Of a stretch of 64,000 nucleotides of DNA, positions 48,101-60,826 are shown piece by piece. The stretch covers positions 5,332,001 to 5,396,000 of the forward strand of contig CM102288.1 in the NCBI GenBank assembly GCA_046563655.1, given 5' to 3'. The notes below the pieces were generated by a model that did no database searches, was not told where the DNA came from, and worked only from the letters and a program-made list of their open reading frames with translations. Source of the DNA: Yuukianura sp. NJ FZ-2021 (lineage: Eukaryota). The translations under genes were made by a program, and so were the position numbers. Each line of letters starts with the position of its first letter. Positions within the stretch are counted from its first letter, which is position 1.

Positions 48101-51100
48101 TTGTTTTGGAATAAAAGACGGTGGGACGGGACCAACTTTGTCACAAAAGGAGACATGCAACACGGTCGACTTAACAAAATGTCGAAATCAAGTGAGGCGA
48201 AACGGCTTTGTGGCGAGATAACCGAGAATTTAACCACTTGATATTTTACTATGGTGTCTTGCCCTTGAGCTGAATATGATAGTCTGATTCCTTTTTGGCG
48301 TATTTTTAGATATTGCTGCAACTTAATTTTCCGGCCTATGATTATTTTATATTATCATATTTTATTATATCATTATGTGTTATTATTATATTTGTTATTT
48401 GAATTGTATGTAAAACATCATATTCTTTCAGAACTATTTCACCGTGTGATCCTTCTAAGCGGCTCCGCTCTGAGTCCGTGGTCCTTCCAGCGCCATGCAA
48501 AGGGCAACGTACGAAAAATCGCTCAAGCCTTCAAGTGTATCAGTGACCCCTTGATGACCCCGATCCCCGGAGCCCCACCGCCCCTCAGCCCCCCGCGTGC
48601 ACCTCCCTCCAGTGCAAGTGACCTCCGTGACCTTGGACCCTGTCTAAGGGACGTCCCCTTGGACGAACTACTGCGTGTCCTAGATCGAGAGCTGCTCCAT
48701 CCACGGTTCATCGCTCGACTCGGTCCGCTCATAGACTCGACTGTGGTAAAGTCCGACTTTGTGTCCGAAATGAAGTACGATCCAAATGGACACTTTTCGG
48801 GAATCCAGCTTCTGGTGGGCACAGCGTCCATAGAGTCCTTTGAAGAACTGAACACAGAGGACATTGAGGACGGCATGGCGGACCTCAAGAGAGACCGCAT
48901 TCTGCGCACACTCGTCCGCAACATCTTTGTGTTCCATTTGAACGAGATCTACTCCACAGTGAAGAACGAGTACACTGACTGGGAGAAGCCACGCAAAGAT
49001 TTCATTGACGTGCGTGACTCCATTTTGAGCATCATGAGTGACGGACTCACTGTGGCTCCCCTTGTCCAGGTCGCCTCCATGCACTCTGCCAAGGGAAATG
49101 CAAAGACTTACTTTCTCCACTTCCAGTATGAACCTGATCACTCCGTCTATCCTCATGTAAGCAAAATTAAGCCAAGCTCAATCCAAACTTTTCAAATTAC
49201 ATAATTATGTAACTTCAGTCTACATCGGTACATAAGTGTGATGAGTAGCAAAATATACCAGTGGCATACAGAAGGTGCAAATACCGTATTCGCAAAAACC
49301 TTTAACTTCCAAATCCATGAGTCGTTCGATTACATGTTTTTAATATTCGCAATTATCAAGATTACATTTACATTAATATTAACATTTTTGTGCTCTTTGT
49401 TACAGAGAATAGGAAGCATTAGTGAGGATCTGCTTCAGTTTGCTCTGGGACATCCGATTTTGAATGCACAGAGAAAAGAGCCCGGTCTTCCGTCCTACAC
49501 TTCCGGAGATGCCAAGGCTTCCAACACCCTCATTCGCTACTTGACCAACTTTGTTATATCGGGGTAAACAACCTTATTACATAAGCTATTACATAAGTTA
49601 CACCAGTTTTTACATAAATTCAATTACATGAAATGCAAACAAGAAACATTTATGTAAGCTGTGTAGCTAAATGAACAGCAATACATGTATGTGTTTATGT
49701 AATATGCGTGCTGTTGTAACTCGCGGTGCTGGTGTATATGTAATTGCAGCTATTTAAATATTTCTTAAGAAATACATAATTACATAATGATGTAATCATG
49801 TCAAGAGGTCAGTAACCTCTGAGCGTTGAAGTGATACACTGTTATTGACACTTGCAGGGATCCTAACTCAGGGTATGACCAGCACTGGAGCAGTTCCAGT
49901 ACTCCAGGCACGTCCTCCGTTGAGGAGAGCCAACTTCCCTACTGGGACTCTTATGACCCCGTGAACCAACTCTATCTCGAACTTCGTAAGAACATAACCT
50001 CTTCTCACTTCATGTCTCACGAAATACCCGGGTGAAAGGACTGTGCAGGGAAAATACCCGGGTATTCCCACCACTCCCCTTCTATGCCCCAACTTAAGAA
50101 GGCTCAAATGCCTTCAACGAGTTTTATCTCCCGCAGAACTCCATCACTTTAGTCTGGAATGAGCTCAGGCCTTCAGGGCACCACAAACCATAAATTCATA
50201 CATTCTTCTAAAAAAAACAAAAAAAGAAAACGAAAAAAAAAAACGAAAAACTTGCTCAATTTTTTTTTGCCCGAGTTCCTGTGAAATACACCAAACAGCC
50301 ACACTAAAGACACTCAAACTCAAATTTTTCTGTTTCATGTTTCACTCTCCTGATCTGTAAAGCGTCATAATTTATGAAACTTAATTTATAATTCTTATTA
50401 TATAATTTATAAATCAAAATTTTAGTTTTTTTTATGACTTAATCTAATTTGAGGGTTTTACAGTGAAGCTAAACGTAACAGAATAATTTCAGCGTAAAAA
50501 CCGCAGTACGAAAGTAGCGAAAGCAGGGTCAAAAATTTTAGTTACAATATTTTCAAAAAAATCAATTCTTAACCTGACTTAGTATTAGCGTTAGGCTAAA
50601 TCTAAACTGAAATTTTACTCACAGTTTAGTATACCATATAAATTTTAACGTACTTTAAGTTATTTACATAACATTTTGTTTGTTTTTTGTAGCCAACGGA
50701 GATCCCCTGATGCGAAATCACTACCGAGGTCATAAGATGGCTCTCTGGTTGAATCTGATTCCACAGTTGCATCAGTCGGGTGGTCCCGAAGTGACGATGG
50801 TTCATCATAATTTCAAAGAGGAGAAGACAGACTACTACGAAGGTACATTCTCAGCATTTCTTAAGTTAGGTTTTCGTTAGGCTAAGGTTAGGTTATGTTA
50901 GGCTAGACACTTTTGAGCCTGGGAACAACGAAACTCCATTCCAGCACAACTACAGTTCAAGACTTTTTCTCTTTTTATGACCGTGGGACATGACTCGGAT
51001 GACTTGGTCTTGGTGCTGGTACAAAATCTTGTTTACCAAGAGCGTTTAGGAATCCAGACTCGTGTTTCGGTGGCTCCGTTAGGTTTGGTTTGGTGGCTCC

Positions 51101-53993
51101 TGGAGGCCCACCCTCCGTTTACAATGAAACTCCAAAGTGGACCCTAAACATGTCAAACTTTTTTCTCAAAACTCGTCTGCCTCCGTACAAAAACTTTGTT
51201 CGCGGAGAAAATGGAAAATTGAGGGCGAAGAAGAGAAAGTTTAGAGTTTGAGTTTTCATTTTCTCTGGTCCTAACACTTCTCTGTTCCGGACAAATTGTA
51301 CTGCTATCCTTGTTTCTTTTTTTTTGTTACAAAAAGTTTCCTTTCGTAATTACACCAAAAACTGGCATCTTACATTAGACAATTACATAAAGTGAAACAA
51401 TCTCATAAACTAACTTGGAAAAAGAACTGCTGGAAAGATCAAACATAGAGAAAAAATTGTTTTCGTTTTACGTATTTCTCACGTTTCCCATCGCGTTTGT
51501 AAACTTTTGGAAAAAGTAGTTTTTTTTTTGTTTTTATAAGCGTTTGTATTTCGGGTTGTGCGAATCTCACCTTTTTCAAAGTTTCACCTTCATAATGTTA
51601 ACGGTTTGCGTATTTGTTTTTAAAATTGCCAGAATGTAACTTTTCAGTTTCGTTTTTGACGTTTTACTTTTAGCAACTTTTGGTTTTGTTGGATGAACAG
51701 TATATGTCACAGAAAACTGAAATTTGAAATTTGGGGAAAAACTGGATTTGGAATTTCGGAAAGGAGTAAATATTCTGTTTTTTTTTTTGTGAAAATTTTG
51801 CAATTTTGTATGCTTGTAGTGTAAGTAAATCGGATTTTGTGGTTTTTGGTCTGTTTTAAAATTTTGAGCAAGTCTAAAATTGGATGGCATGCTGGTATGG
51901 AAATTTTGTGGAGAGAAAGCATTTGTTCCCGGATTTCACCAACGGCATAACCCTGCATTTTTTTTTCTTATTTGCAAATGACAAAATTCATATTCCGTTC
52001 TTCTCGTTCTCGATTTGGGTGAAAACGTGGATAAAAGTAGTGCCTCCAAAAAAAGAAAAAAAAAGTAAAAGTTTCTCATCCGAAATGAGTTTAAAATGAG
52101 GAACGGATTTCCGTCTTTCTCTCAATTCATTTCCATTATTAGAAGGACTCTCCTTTCCATTGCAAATCAGTCTCAGAAACTAAAACGAAATGTAAAGTTA
52201 GAGAAAGTGTGGAAATTTATTAAAACACGCAAATTCCTACTGTGACTTCAATTTTTAAATTTTGAAAAAGTGGAACAAGGAGACAGAGGGTGAGACGTGC
52301 CAACCAAACCGCGCTGTTCCAACTGCTTCTCAAACTACGAGATTTTTTTTTTCAAAATCCGCATCACGTTTCAGTTTTACCATATCTTTATTTCAACTAA
52401 AAGCCGTTTTGCCCATAGCTCAACGGTCTAGAACATGTTCTAAAACTCGAGTCATAACTTAACCTGTTAAAGAAAAAGTATTTCTTTACACCTTGGTTTT
52501 TTCTGAAATATTTTTTTGGCTTGCCTCTCATGCCTAAATTTTTAACTTTTGAAATTTCGAATTGTTATTTAAAAACAGTGATTTTCAGAGTAAATTTTTA
52601 ACTTTTTGGAATTTCGAATTATGTTATTTTAAAAGAGTGATTTTCAGAGTAAATTTAATTTTTAACTTTTTGAAATTTCGAATTATGTTAGTTACTAACT
52701 AAAAGAAGTACTTTTCAGAATTTTTATGCTAGGTCAGTTGATTCCTAACATGAAAGTATTAATTTGTCAACCTTTGTCCGAGTTCAGGTCACGTCCGAGA
52801 ACAATCAAAGCATCCACCAACTGTGAGCCCACCGGCTAGCGCGCCAAAGCTCAAAGTGAAATCCGGTGGGGCCAACCAGCCCCACCAAGGAGCAGTTCCT
52901 GTACACGGCGGGTCTTCTATCTCTTCTGAACATTCCGAAGGAGAAGACTATGATGGTGAGGAAAAGCGGAGTTCAGTGCCCACCTTGTCACCCGCCATCT
53001 TAAGTTCGTCTGAGTGTCCACCGAATGCCACCACGAATGGCACCGCCGGAGGCGGGGTTGACGGGGCCACGGAAATCGTGCGCCAATTGGCCGCGTCACA
53101 CTACCACTCTTATGGAACTGCTCTAGGCGTCACAATCGGCGTAGGATGCTGCCTCCTCTTGCTCAATTTGCTCATCTTCCTTGCCATTTACCACCAAAAG
53201 TCACAAAGGTAACAGCCATTCAAGGTTTGTTGACTCGTGACTTTCTTTCACAGTTTGGATAATAGCTCATGTTTTTTTTTTTTTTTTTGGTTTTTCAAGA
53301 AAAAGGATCTTTTCATTTCGTACGAATTTATTGTTTGATTTTTTTAACAAGCGAGGTAGTATCCAACCTGTAAAAAAAATGACTTTGCGTTGTCAAGAAA
53401 CCTTGGAACCACTGCAAAAAAAACTACAACTACGAATTTTTGAATTTTTTGAATTCCCTCCCGCAAATTTTGAATTTTTTAAAGTTTTACTTGTGTTTTT
53501 GTCCTAAAGTGTTCCACTTCAACCGAAACCGCGAAAACAAGAAGACGACGAACAGTTATGCCTTCCACACAACTCAGTTTGTCCCCACCACCATCACTAC
53601 CATCAAGTGGGTGGGGGCGGGGGTGGGTTTCCCTACGGAAGTGGCGGTGGGGACATGACGGGTGGGGATGACTACGAAGAGGAACTGATTCAAGAACTCC
53701 GCTCGTCCCACTGTTCGGCCCCACCCTCCGCTCATTCGCCATATCTCGTCAAGGACTGTTCCGGATCCAGTGGGTTCTGCTCCCCACCCATCCCTGACCC
53801 ACCCCCACCCCCCAGAAGTTCCATCCCACCGTCTCTAGCTGGGTCAATGGTGAGCATTACTTCGTCTCTGTCTGCATCCGGGGGTGGGGCCACCGGGATT
53901 CTGCGCAGAGCGAACCCACCAGAACGAGAGACGATGTCCACGGGCGGCGGAAGTATGAAAAAACGAGTTCAAATTCAAGAAATCTCTGTTTGA
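42105..53993 (+). CDS. Nlg: Neuroligin (arthropod Nlg3/Nlg4 type), 10 coding exons
   Basis: Exons 42105-42253, 42467-42813, 44522-44692, 47573-47752, 48432-49156, 49406-49563, 49858-49985, 50693-50842, 52788-53208, 53510-53993 splice in frame. Cholinesterase-like domain (YLGIPYA, SEDCLYLNVY, TLNYRLGILG, FGGDPSRVT) with GHRTG in place of the catalytic GxSxG. Also NEYTDWE, HYRGHKMALWLNLIPQLH, TM segment ALGVTIGVGCCLLLLNLLIFLAIY and PDZ-binding tail KKRVQIQEISV. Confidence 0.95.
45379..45426. repeat. Perfect 23-bp inverted repeat with a 2-nt spacer
   Basis: CTACCTCCATTTTCAGACCATTT-CA-AAATGGTCTGAAAATGGAGGTAG. Confidence 0.9.
45480..45900. repeat. Degenerate ~20-bp purine-rich minisatellite in neuroligin intron 3
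   Basis: Units resembling GAAAAGGTCYGAAATGCARC recur about every 20 bp. This explains the three overlapping Phe-rich minus-strand ORFs. Confidence 0.75.
52536..52720. repeat. Tandem repeat of about 55-70 bp, 3 copies, in neuroligin intron 8
   Basis: TAAATTTTTAACTTTTTGAAATTTCGAATT...GTGATTTTCAGAG starting at 52536, 52591 and 52650. Confidence 0.8.
53221..53405. mobile_element. MITE-like element (copy 4, opposite orientation) in the last neuroligin intron
   Basis: Ends AACAAGCGAGGTAGTATCCAACCTG...CGTTGTCAAGAAACCTTG, the reverse complement of the start of the 24177 copy. Begins CAAGGTTTGTTGA. Confidence 0.75.
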
Positions 53994-56900
53994 TCACATC
54001 CAAACTTAAAAAAACATTAAAAACTCCAAAATCCGAGTGAGATTTTGTAAAATGTGAAAGTTGAGTGCCAACATTGTGCAAAAAGTTTTTTTTTTAAACA
54101 AACTCTAGAAGGAGGCATATCTTCGTTGGTGCTTTCTCTTGTTCCTGGGTGACTTTTCCCATTTCCTGTTTTGTCAAAACTCACACTAAAAAGTTTTCAG
54201 TGGAAAAGTGAGAAAGTGAAACTGTGCTGTTTTTGCTGATCCAAATCATAATTAAACCTTTTGAGCTAATGAAGTTTACTCGTCTGACAATCACTTGTGA
54301 TAACAAAACGGAGAAGAAGAAGATGAACGGCAAAAGAAGAAGAAAAAGAAAGAAGAAAGTTAATTCAATTGCTCCAACAACTAAAGAAGTCGAGGCTCAA
54401 GGCAAACAATTCCTAAGTTACAAAAGATTTTTTCTCTTTATAGAGAAAAGTCTTGTAAACCCCTGAGCCAAGAATTAAAAAAAAATGAAACTAAAAAAGT
54501 AAAGAAAAAAAATCCAGAGAAAATAAATTCGCTAAAAGCTTTTTTCCAGCGGCCAAAATTTGGCAGAAATAAACCATCTTTTTTCTTGAAAACAAAAGAC
54601 TAACACAATGGAGTTATTTTGCTACAATGTTGCAGTATAATCCAATTTATGTATTTTGTGAATGTGCGGTCAGAAATGCTCATCTACAACATAAAAAAAA
54701 CGTGACAGTATAAACTAAGAAGCACATTTTGAATACTAATGTGGGTGTACATCGCATATACACAGATACAACTATACACAAAAATACATACAACGCAACA
54801 ACGAACATAAAAGTACACATATATAAAAATACACCTAACATACATTGTATTAAACGAAATACCATGATATCAAATATTAGAAATGTTCACGTAATGGTGG
54901 AAAAATGGCTGAAAAATAAAGTGTGAAGAATTCATACTTTGTATACACACTTTATACAAAACTATATGAGAAACCGCCCAAAAATTGAAGAGGTTTGTAG
55001 AAAAGTCGTAAAAGTTGCTTGGAGGTCACGACCGTTGAACACCGGAAAAGCCCTAAAGCTTCCGGATATGAAGTGAGGGACTCAAGAAAGTTGTGAACTG
55101 AGTGTGCTTTGTTCGTTCTAAGGAACGGGTAATACTTGTTCCTATTTTGAGCCTTGTATCAAGTCCTAGTTTGTCGGAAGGAAGTAAAGTGACGCAGAGA
55201 GGCGGAGATAATGAGGATCTGGAGAGAAAAGTTGAGTTTAGCCTAGCAACGCCCGTTGTCAAGGAAAGATGAGACGTATAAAACACATACACAGGACTTG
55301 TAGTGAGGCATGATCAAAGGGAAAGATGTGTCCAAGTGTGTCCACACAAAAAAGAAGCGGTACAGCCGAAATTGGATCTCCTTGTCCAAATCCAAAACCC
55401 AACTACATAGGAGGGAATATGTGGATACTCTCCTTTGGAGAGCAATTTTTCTGGAAGTTTCGAGCCTAAGGAGTTCGGTACAAGCGATTTGAACGTTTTT
55501 GAAGACTAAAGTTAGTAAACTCCTCTTCACTAGACGTGGAGGTTACGCAAGGAGCAAATACATAAAATTTATACATGTTCATTTCATTGATGGAATTTCG
55601 GATGTGTATACAGTGACATATTGCAACTTTAGCTGCATGACCCGCTTTTACGCTGTGTGGTTCACATATCCTTCTAAACCAGGTCACGAGTTTACTTTGG
55701 AAAGAAGATGAGGTCACGAGTGTGCCTTTAAGCTTTGACGAGGTCACAAATGTAGGTCACAACCTCAGCACTTGGCTTATGATTTCATAACATTCAGAAG
55801 TTCTATAGCACAGTAGTATGGTCGGGAGTTGGCAGTGTTTCCAGAAATCCAGAGAGAGCCATTAATTAGGTCTAATTTTTGTTATAGGAGAACGAGAGGA
55901 GCTTCCAGCCCATAAATCAACGTTCTTTCAGTTGCAGTTCTGCGGATCCACGGTGGTTTTTGTAGAAGGGCATTGACACTTGAGACTACGGCTACTACTA
56001 GCCGTTTTAGATTTCATCCAGAACCTAATGCTAAGCATTTGGAACTTATCCTGGAGAAAGTCTGGAGAAAATGGGATATCCAGCAACAGAGCTCGTTCCA
56101 GATTTCTGGCTCTTTGGGGAAAACTTACGCCTCCTTCCAAACAATTGAAGGGATCATCATTTAAAAAAACGAAAAACAAAAAAAAAAACACTTGAAAAAA
56201 GCTTTTTGAAAAAATGTAGTTGGGAGAATCATGTTGAAGGCTCATCAAGAAGCCTAATTATAAGCAGCTAGAAAAAGAGCGTTCCAGTAACATTGAAATT
56301 TTACAGAACCCAGAAAATAGTTTCACTTTTTTCTCAAAAATTTAAAAAAACGAGAAAGTTATTTTCTGTCTAAATTAGACTAATTTTAGCCAAGGAAAAA
56401 GCGAATTATACCTAATGTTTTTTTTTTTTTTCGTTTTCTCTTTTTAGAAAACCTAAACTAAATAGAATGAAAGCATCACTTTGAAACAAGGAAAACAAAC
56501 AGCCACTATTTCTATGTCCTTTGAACTTTGGAAGAAACAGAAAAACTAAAATGTAAAAGTGCAAAAAGTAAAATTTAAAAAGTAAATTAAACTTTGGAGT
56601 TTGTTTTTGTTTTTTGCTTGTGACGACGCCAGAAGGCTTGTTCTAAAATAATATTTAGACAAAGCGTTGTCACAAGATGCTTTTCTCCTTCATCTTTTCC
56701 CTTCAGGCCAAAAACTGGTAAGAATTTGTGTGACAAGAAACTTGTCTTGTCACTGAAGTACTTTCAACCATTTCTTGTGACATTAAATTAAATTTGACAT
56801 TTAATTTTGAAAAACAAACAAGATCTGTCACAGCTGCGTTCGTTTCTTGCTCAGAACCTAAATTCATTTGACAATTTTTTTTAAAAAAAAGTTTAAAAGT

Positions 56901-59900
56901 AGAGTTTTAACGGATAAATGTTTAAAATTTTGAAGTTACTGAGTTTGAGAAGCATTTAAAAAAAATCACTTTCGCAGGCAAATGTTATTCAAAGATATTT
57001 TGCAATTTTTGTTTCTTCTCCCTTGCATTTCCTGGCTCCCGGCTCGATAGAAGTAAAGTATTTTTGGAAAAAATGGGATTATGTTTGAGTTTTGCCAAAA
57101 TTTTCCCAAAATTGGGCAAAATGTGATCAAAATTTTTTGCCTTGCAGCGTAAAGATATAGAGTTACACAATTGGGTTGATAGCGTAATCTCCTCCTGTTA
57201 CTCAATTCTCTTGAAATCTGATCGGATATCCGTTTATGAACAAGTTTCGGAAATGACCACGATTTGGCCTGTCTTTCTCAGTTTCAAGAATTAATCAAGC
57301 TAAAAGCATAAGCGCAGATTTTCAGTCTCACAACAGATAAAGAGATAAAACCGTTTTTGGTACAGTCAGTACTTTCTGCGTCTACTGTGAACGCAATTTC
57401 GGCGTTATAAAATAAAGTATTTAGGTTAACTTTATAGGTTGGGTTGGATTGAGGGCCTCCAATCTCTATATGTTCAGTGTTTAAGCAACAATGCGACATC
57501 CTGCAGCTTGCTCTGAAGAAAAAGTTCAAGTGAGTTCACCGAATCCTGTCGACTCACGTGGTATGCACTACGCTTAAGGTTTTCATGATTTCCGGGTGAT
57601 TAATCAAGAGGAATCTGAGGGTTGGAAGTAGGAACTTGAAGGGCAAATAAGTCATTTTTGTTGTTGATGGATTTAAAGAGGAGTGTCGTGCTTTGGAGAA
57701 CACGAGGATTAAATTGCGGTTGAATGTAACCTGATACAAAGAGGGGCATGAACCAGTTTACGACGAGCGTTGATGAAAACGAAGAGGGATCCTAGTGCTG
57801 ACTAGCAGTAATGTCACCGTGGCTGAGTTCACCCAATATCCAACACGTAGTGACAAGGAAGGTTTAGGACTGTTGGATCCATAGGCTCAATGACAGCGAC
57901 ACTTTATGACAAGCTGTGTGGACGTGACGCTGTTTTTCCTTGGGGAACGACATTGAAAAAGAGAAACTGTCGGTGACAGCTTATATCCGGTGGCTGTTGC
58001 TGTTGTCGTGCTCCAAATCCTACAGTGTCTCTAATTTTCTTCATGAATTCAATTTCGGTTAAATTCTGAACAGCGGAACCAAAACAGGAAAGTTTTAGAA
58101 AAAAGCAGGAAAGAAGGAACATCGAGCAATAAATACTTACCCCTCTCGGCTCGTTTCAGTCAACATACGGCCAAACCAACACGTCCACGTAACGGCCGCA
58201 ATTTCGTCTTGGTTTAATCGACTTGTGTTCTCGAAGCTTTTAGATACCTGAACACTGCGCTTTCGGCACGGGAAACTACAAATGCATTTACTGAATCAAA
58301 TAGTAAATGTTGTGAACTTGAATTCAGAAGTTAAGTGTAGCATGATTTTGGTGGGTACAAATGTAGGGTAGCTACAATTAGAGCAGCGTGAAAATAAGAG
58401 TGGGTACAGCCCGAGAGCTCAAGTTTACTTCAACCCTCCGCTTGCTTTCTTTTTGTCACACACATAACCTTCCATCATCGTATACTTTCTCCTTTGTTTC
58501 TTATTTTCTGTTTTTCATTTCTTTATTCTTTGTCTCATATAATTCTCGGAATTTGGAAGATCCGTTTGCACAATCGGATTCTCCCTTCTGAATCACTTAA
58601 CTGGATAAACTGCTGGCGTAAGAAACAATTTGAAGGAAGTGTTTTGGGTATGAATCAATAACTTTACTAGTGCCGTCATTAATCATGGTGGACCAATTCA
58701 TTTCTACTGCCTACAATTAGGAATTCCTTTCCGTAAGCAAGTAAGCCGGGACACAGAAAAAGAATAATCACATGGCTATACACTAAATAACATATGAGCC
58801 CTCATAGCTCACTGCCAACTGTCTAAATAATTCCCGGTTGACATTTATTAACGACTTCTTTCTTTTGTGTAGTTGTGGCCAACACTTTTAAACGATTCAG
58901 TGACCAAGAAGGACATTCTCCAGAGTTCTTTCACGAAACTCATAGGAACGTATGAAACTGGAGTTCAATTCTTTATACATAAACCTCATATTTGTCATTT
59001 CCAGGAATGGAGGTTCCCACAACTCACTTTTTTGGATTTCGATAAGAAACTTTCGCTACACTTCACAATCTTGGTTACGACGAAGGCACTTCATTTCATG
59101 TGAACGGTTCCATGAACATCGCACTTTTTCAATCTCCGTGATACAAGTTGATTGAAAAGCTTACAGGAACTGGGAAAGGTAAGATTGATTTTGATTAGCA
59201 TAAAACTTTTTTTGAGAAAAGCAATAGACCATCATAAAAGTCTATTTATAACTGTTTCATTTTTTCTCTCTCTCTTAGCAGTTCCAGTACAACATGGAGT
59301 AAGCTGCTTCCAACGGTCCCTTAACTGACATGATTTATACGTTTTGTGAGTAGTTGGGAACTCTGTGAAGGGACGTGAATGCTACTGCTCACTTGGAATA
59401 AGGTCTGACAGGAAGAGAAACTGTGTTCCATTTTCTTCACTGCTAGCTGCCTCTTCCTTCTTCTTTCAAATCCTTGAACGGTTGAGGACGATCCATCCAG
59501 TGTCAAATCCCAGAGTTACTACTCACTCCTACTGTAGAATACTGGAAATCATTGTAAGGCTATGTAACCTAACCTAATATCACCAGTTATACTTGAACTA
59601 TATTACTTGAACACTTCACAAAGCCTAGCATAGTAGTTACTCCCTCCGTGACACGGTTTCTCCTTTCTGCTTCCAGGATTCCGTTTCTGAGTATGCTCAT
59701 ATTATCCATATGCCAGCACTCAATGGCCCACTTGGGACAGGAAAAGGTCGCATAAGGCTCCATTACTTTATCATTACAACATCACGTTAACCTAACATTT
59801 TGGTTTGAACTTTAGTTTGACAATTGAAACAGGAGATGGAGCAATCTTGTGAGTGTTCGGGAGACATATCGCTCTTTTGTGGAAATCCAAGGTTCAAGTT

Positions 59901-60826
59901 TCCATTGGGGGCAACGTATGGCCAAAATGTCTGGAACTTGGTAAGCTAAGCAGTTAAGATCAGATAGAAGCATTTGTCTGGGTTAAGGTGATGTTAAGAG
60001 ACTTTCTGGAGGAAGCGTTACGTTGCCTAACCTTACTCCAACTGCCTTCAACATTACTGGAACTTTAGGTTTTGGAGAAAGCCACGTTATGTTTGGAACT
60101 GGAACCTAAAAGTCGCCGTTTAACGTAACACAAGGTAGGACCTGGAGAAAAGTTGAGGAAATGACTTTGTGCCTTAAAAGCATTTCACATTCTTCATATC
60201 TCGGGAACATGAGTCTCCCAAATTTTATGAAGTGAGGCATAAATCTCAAATTGTAGCATGATGGTGTGCTGCTGTAGGAGTAGCCGTGGTAGTTCCTGCC
60301 ATGTTAGCACCATTTCCAATGGAGTAATAACCCATTGCCTTGACTTATGGCCCAACATTACTTTCAATGTCATCCTTCCTTTAGGTTGGGTTCCCTTGGC
60401 ATCCCAGCAATTTCCGAGTCAGGGCCCTTAATCCCTCAAGGAATTTTTTAGACTTTCAAAATTCTAATATCCCCCGTCCGGAAATTTTCCTAGAAGATTC
60501 AGGAGCCTGCGTCTGGACATTGTACTTGACAACAGTAACCACATAAACAATAAAAACTTTAGCACGCAATTTTCAATTTTTACTTTGTTCCGACACAAAA
60601 TCAGCACCACTCAAAATTGTAACCATGGCACAAATTCTGTCGTGATTTCAACTTGATTGTTTCGAATTCCACGATTCGACTTAATAGTTTTTTCGAGTCA
60701 AAAATAGCGACAAAAGCTGATTGAGAAAAACTACGCGTGAAAAGAACAAACGCTTGCGTTCGTAACTTGAAGTCAACTTTGCGCACGACCTCAGTTGACC
60801 TTGACATCGAATTGTCTATATCCAAT

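Noticed and set aside
48523..49156. Antisense ORFs of 133 and 158 aa
   Set aside because: Shadows of the GC-rich neuroligin exon 5, with no independent motifs.
50860..50910. TTAGG runs as an interstitial telomere
   Set aside because: Only short degenerate TTAGG/CCTAA patches scattered through the window, with no long perfect array.
42105..53993. Active carboxylesterase or acetylcholinesterase
   Set aside because: The nucleophile elbow reads GHRTG with no Ser, and the protein has a TM helix and PDZ-binding tail, so it is a neuroligin.
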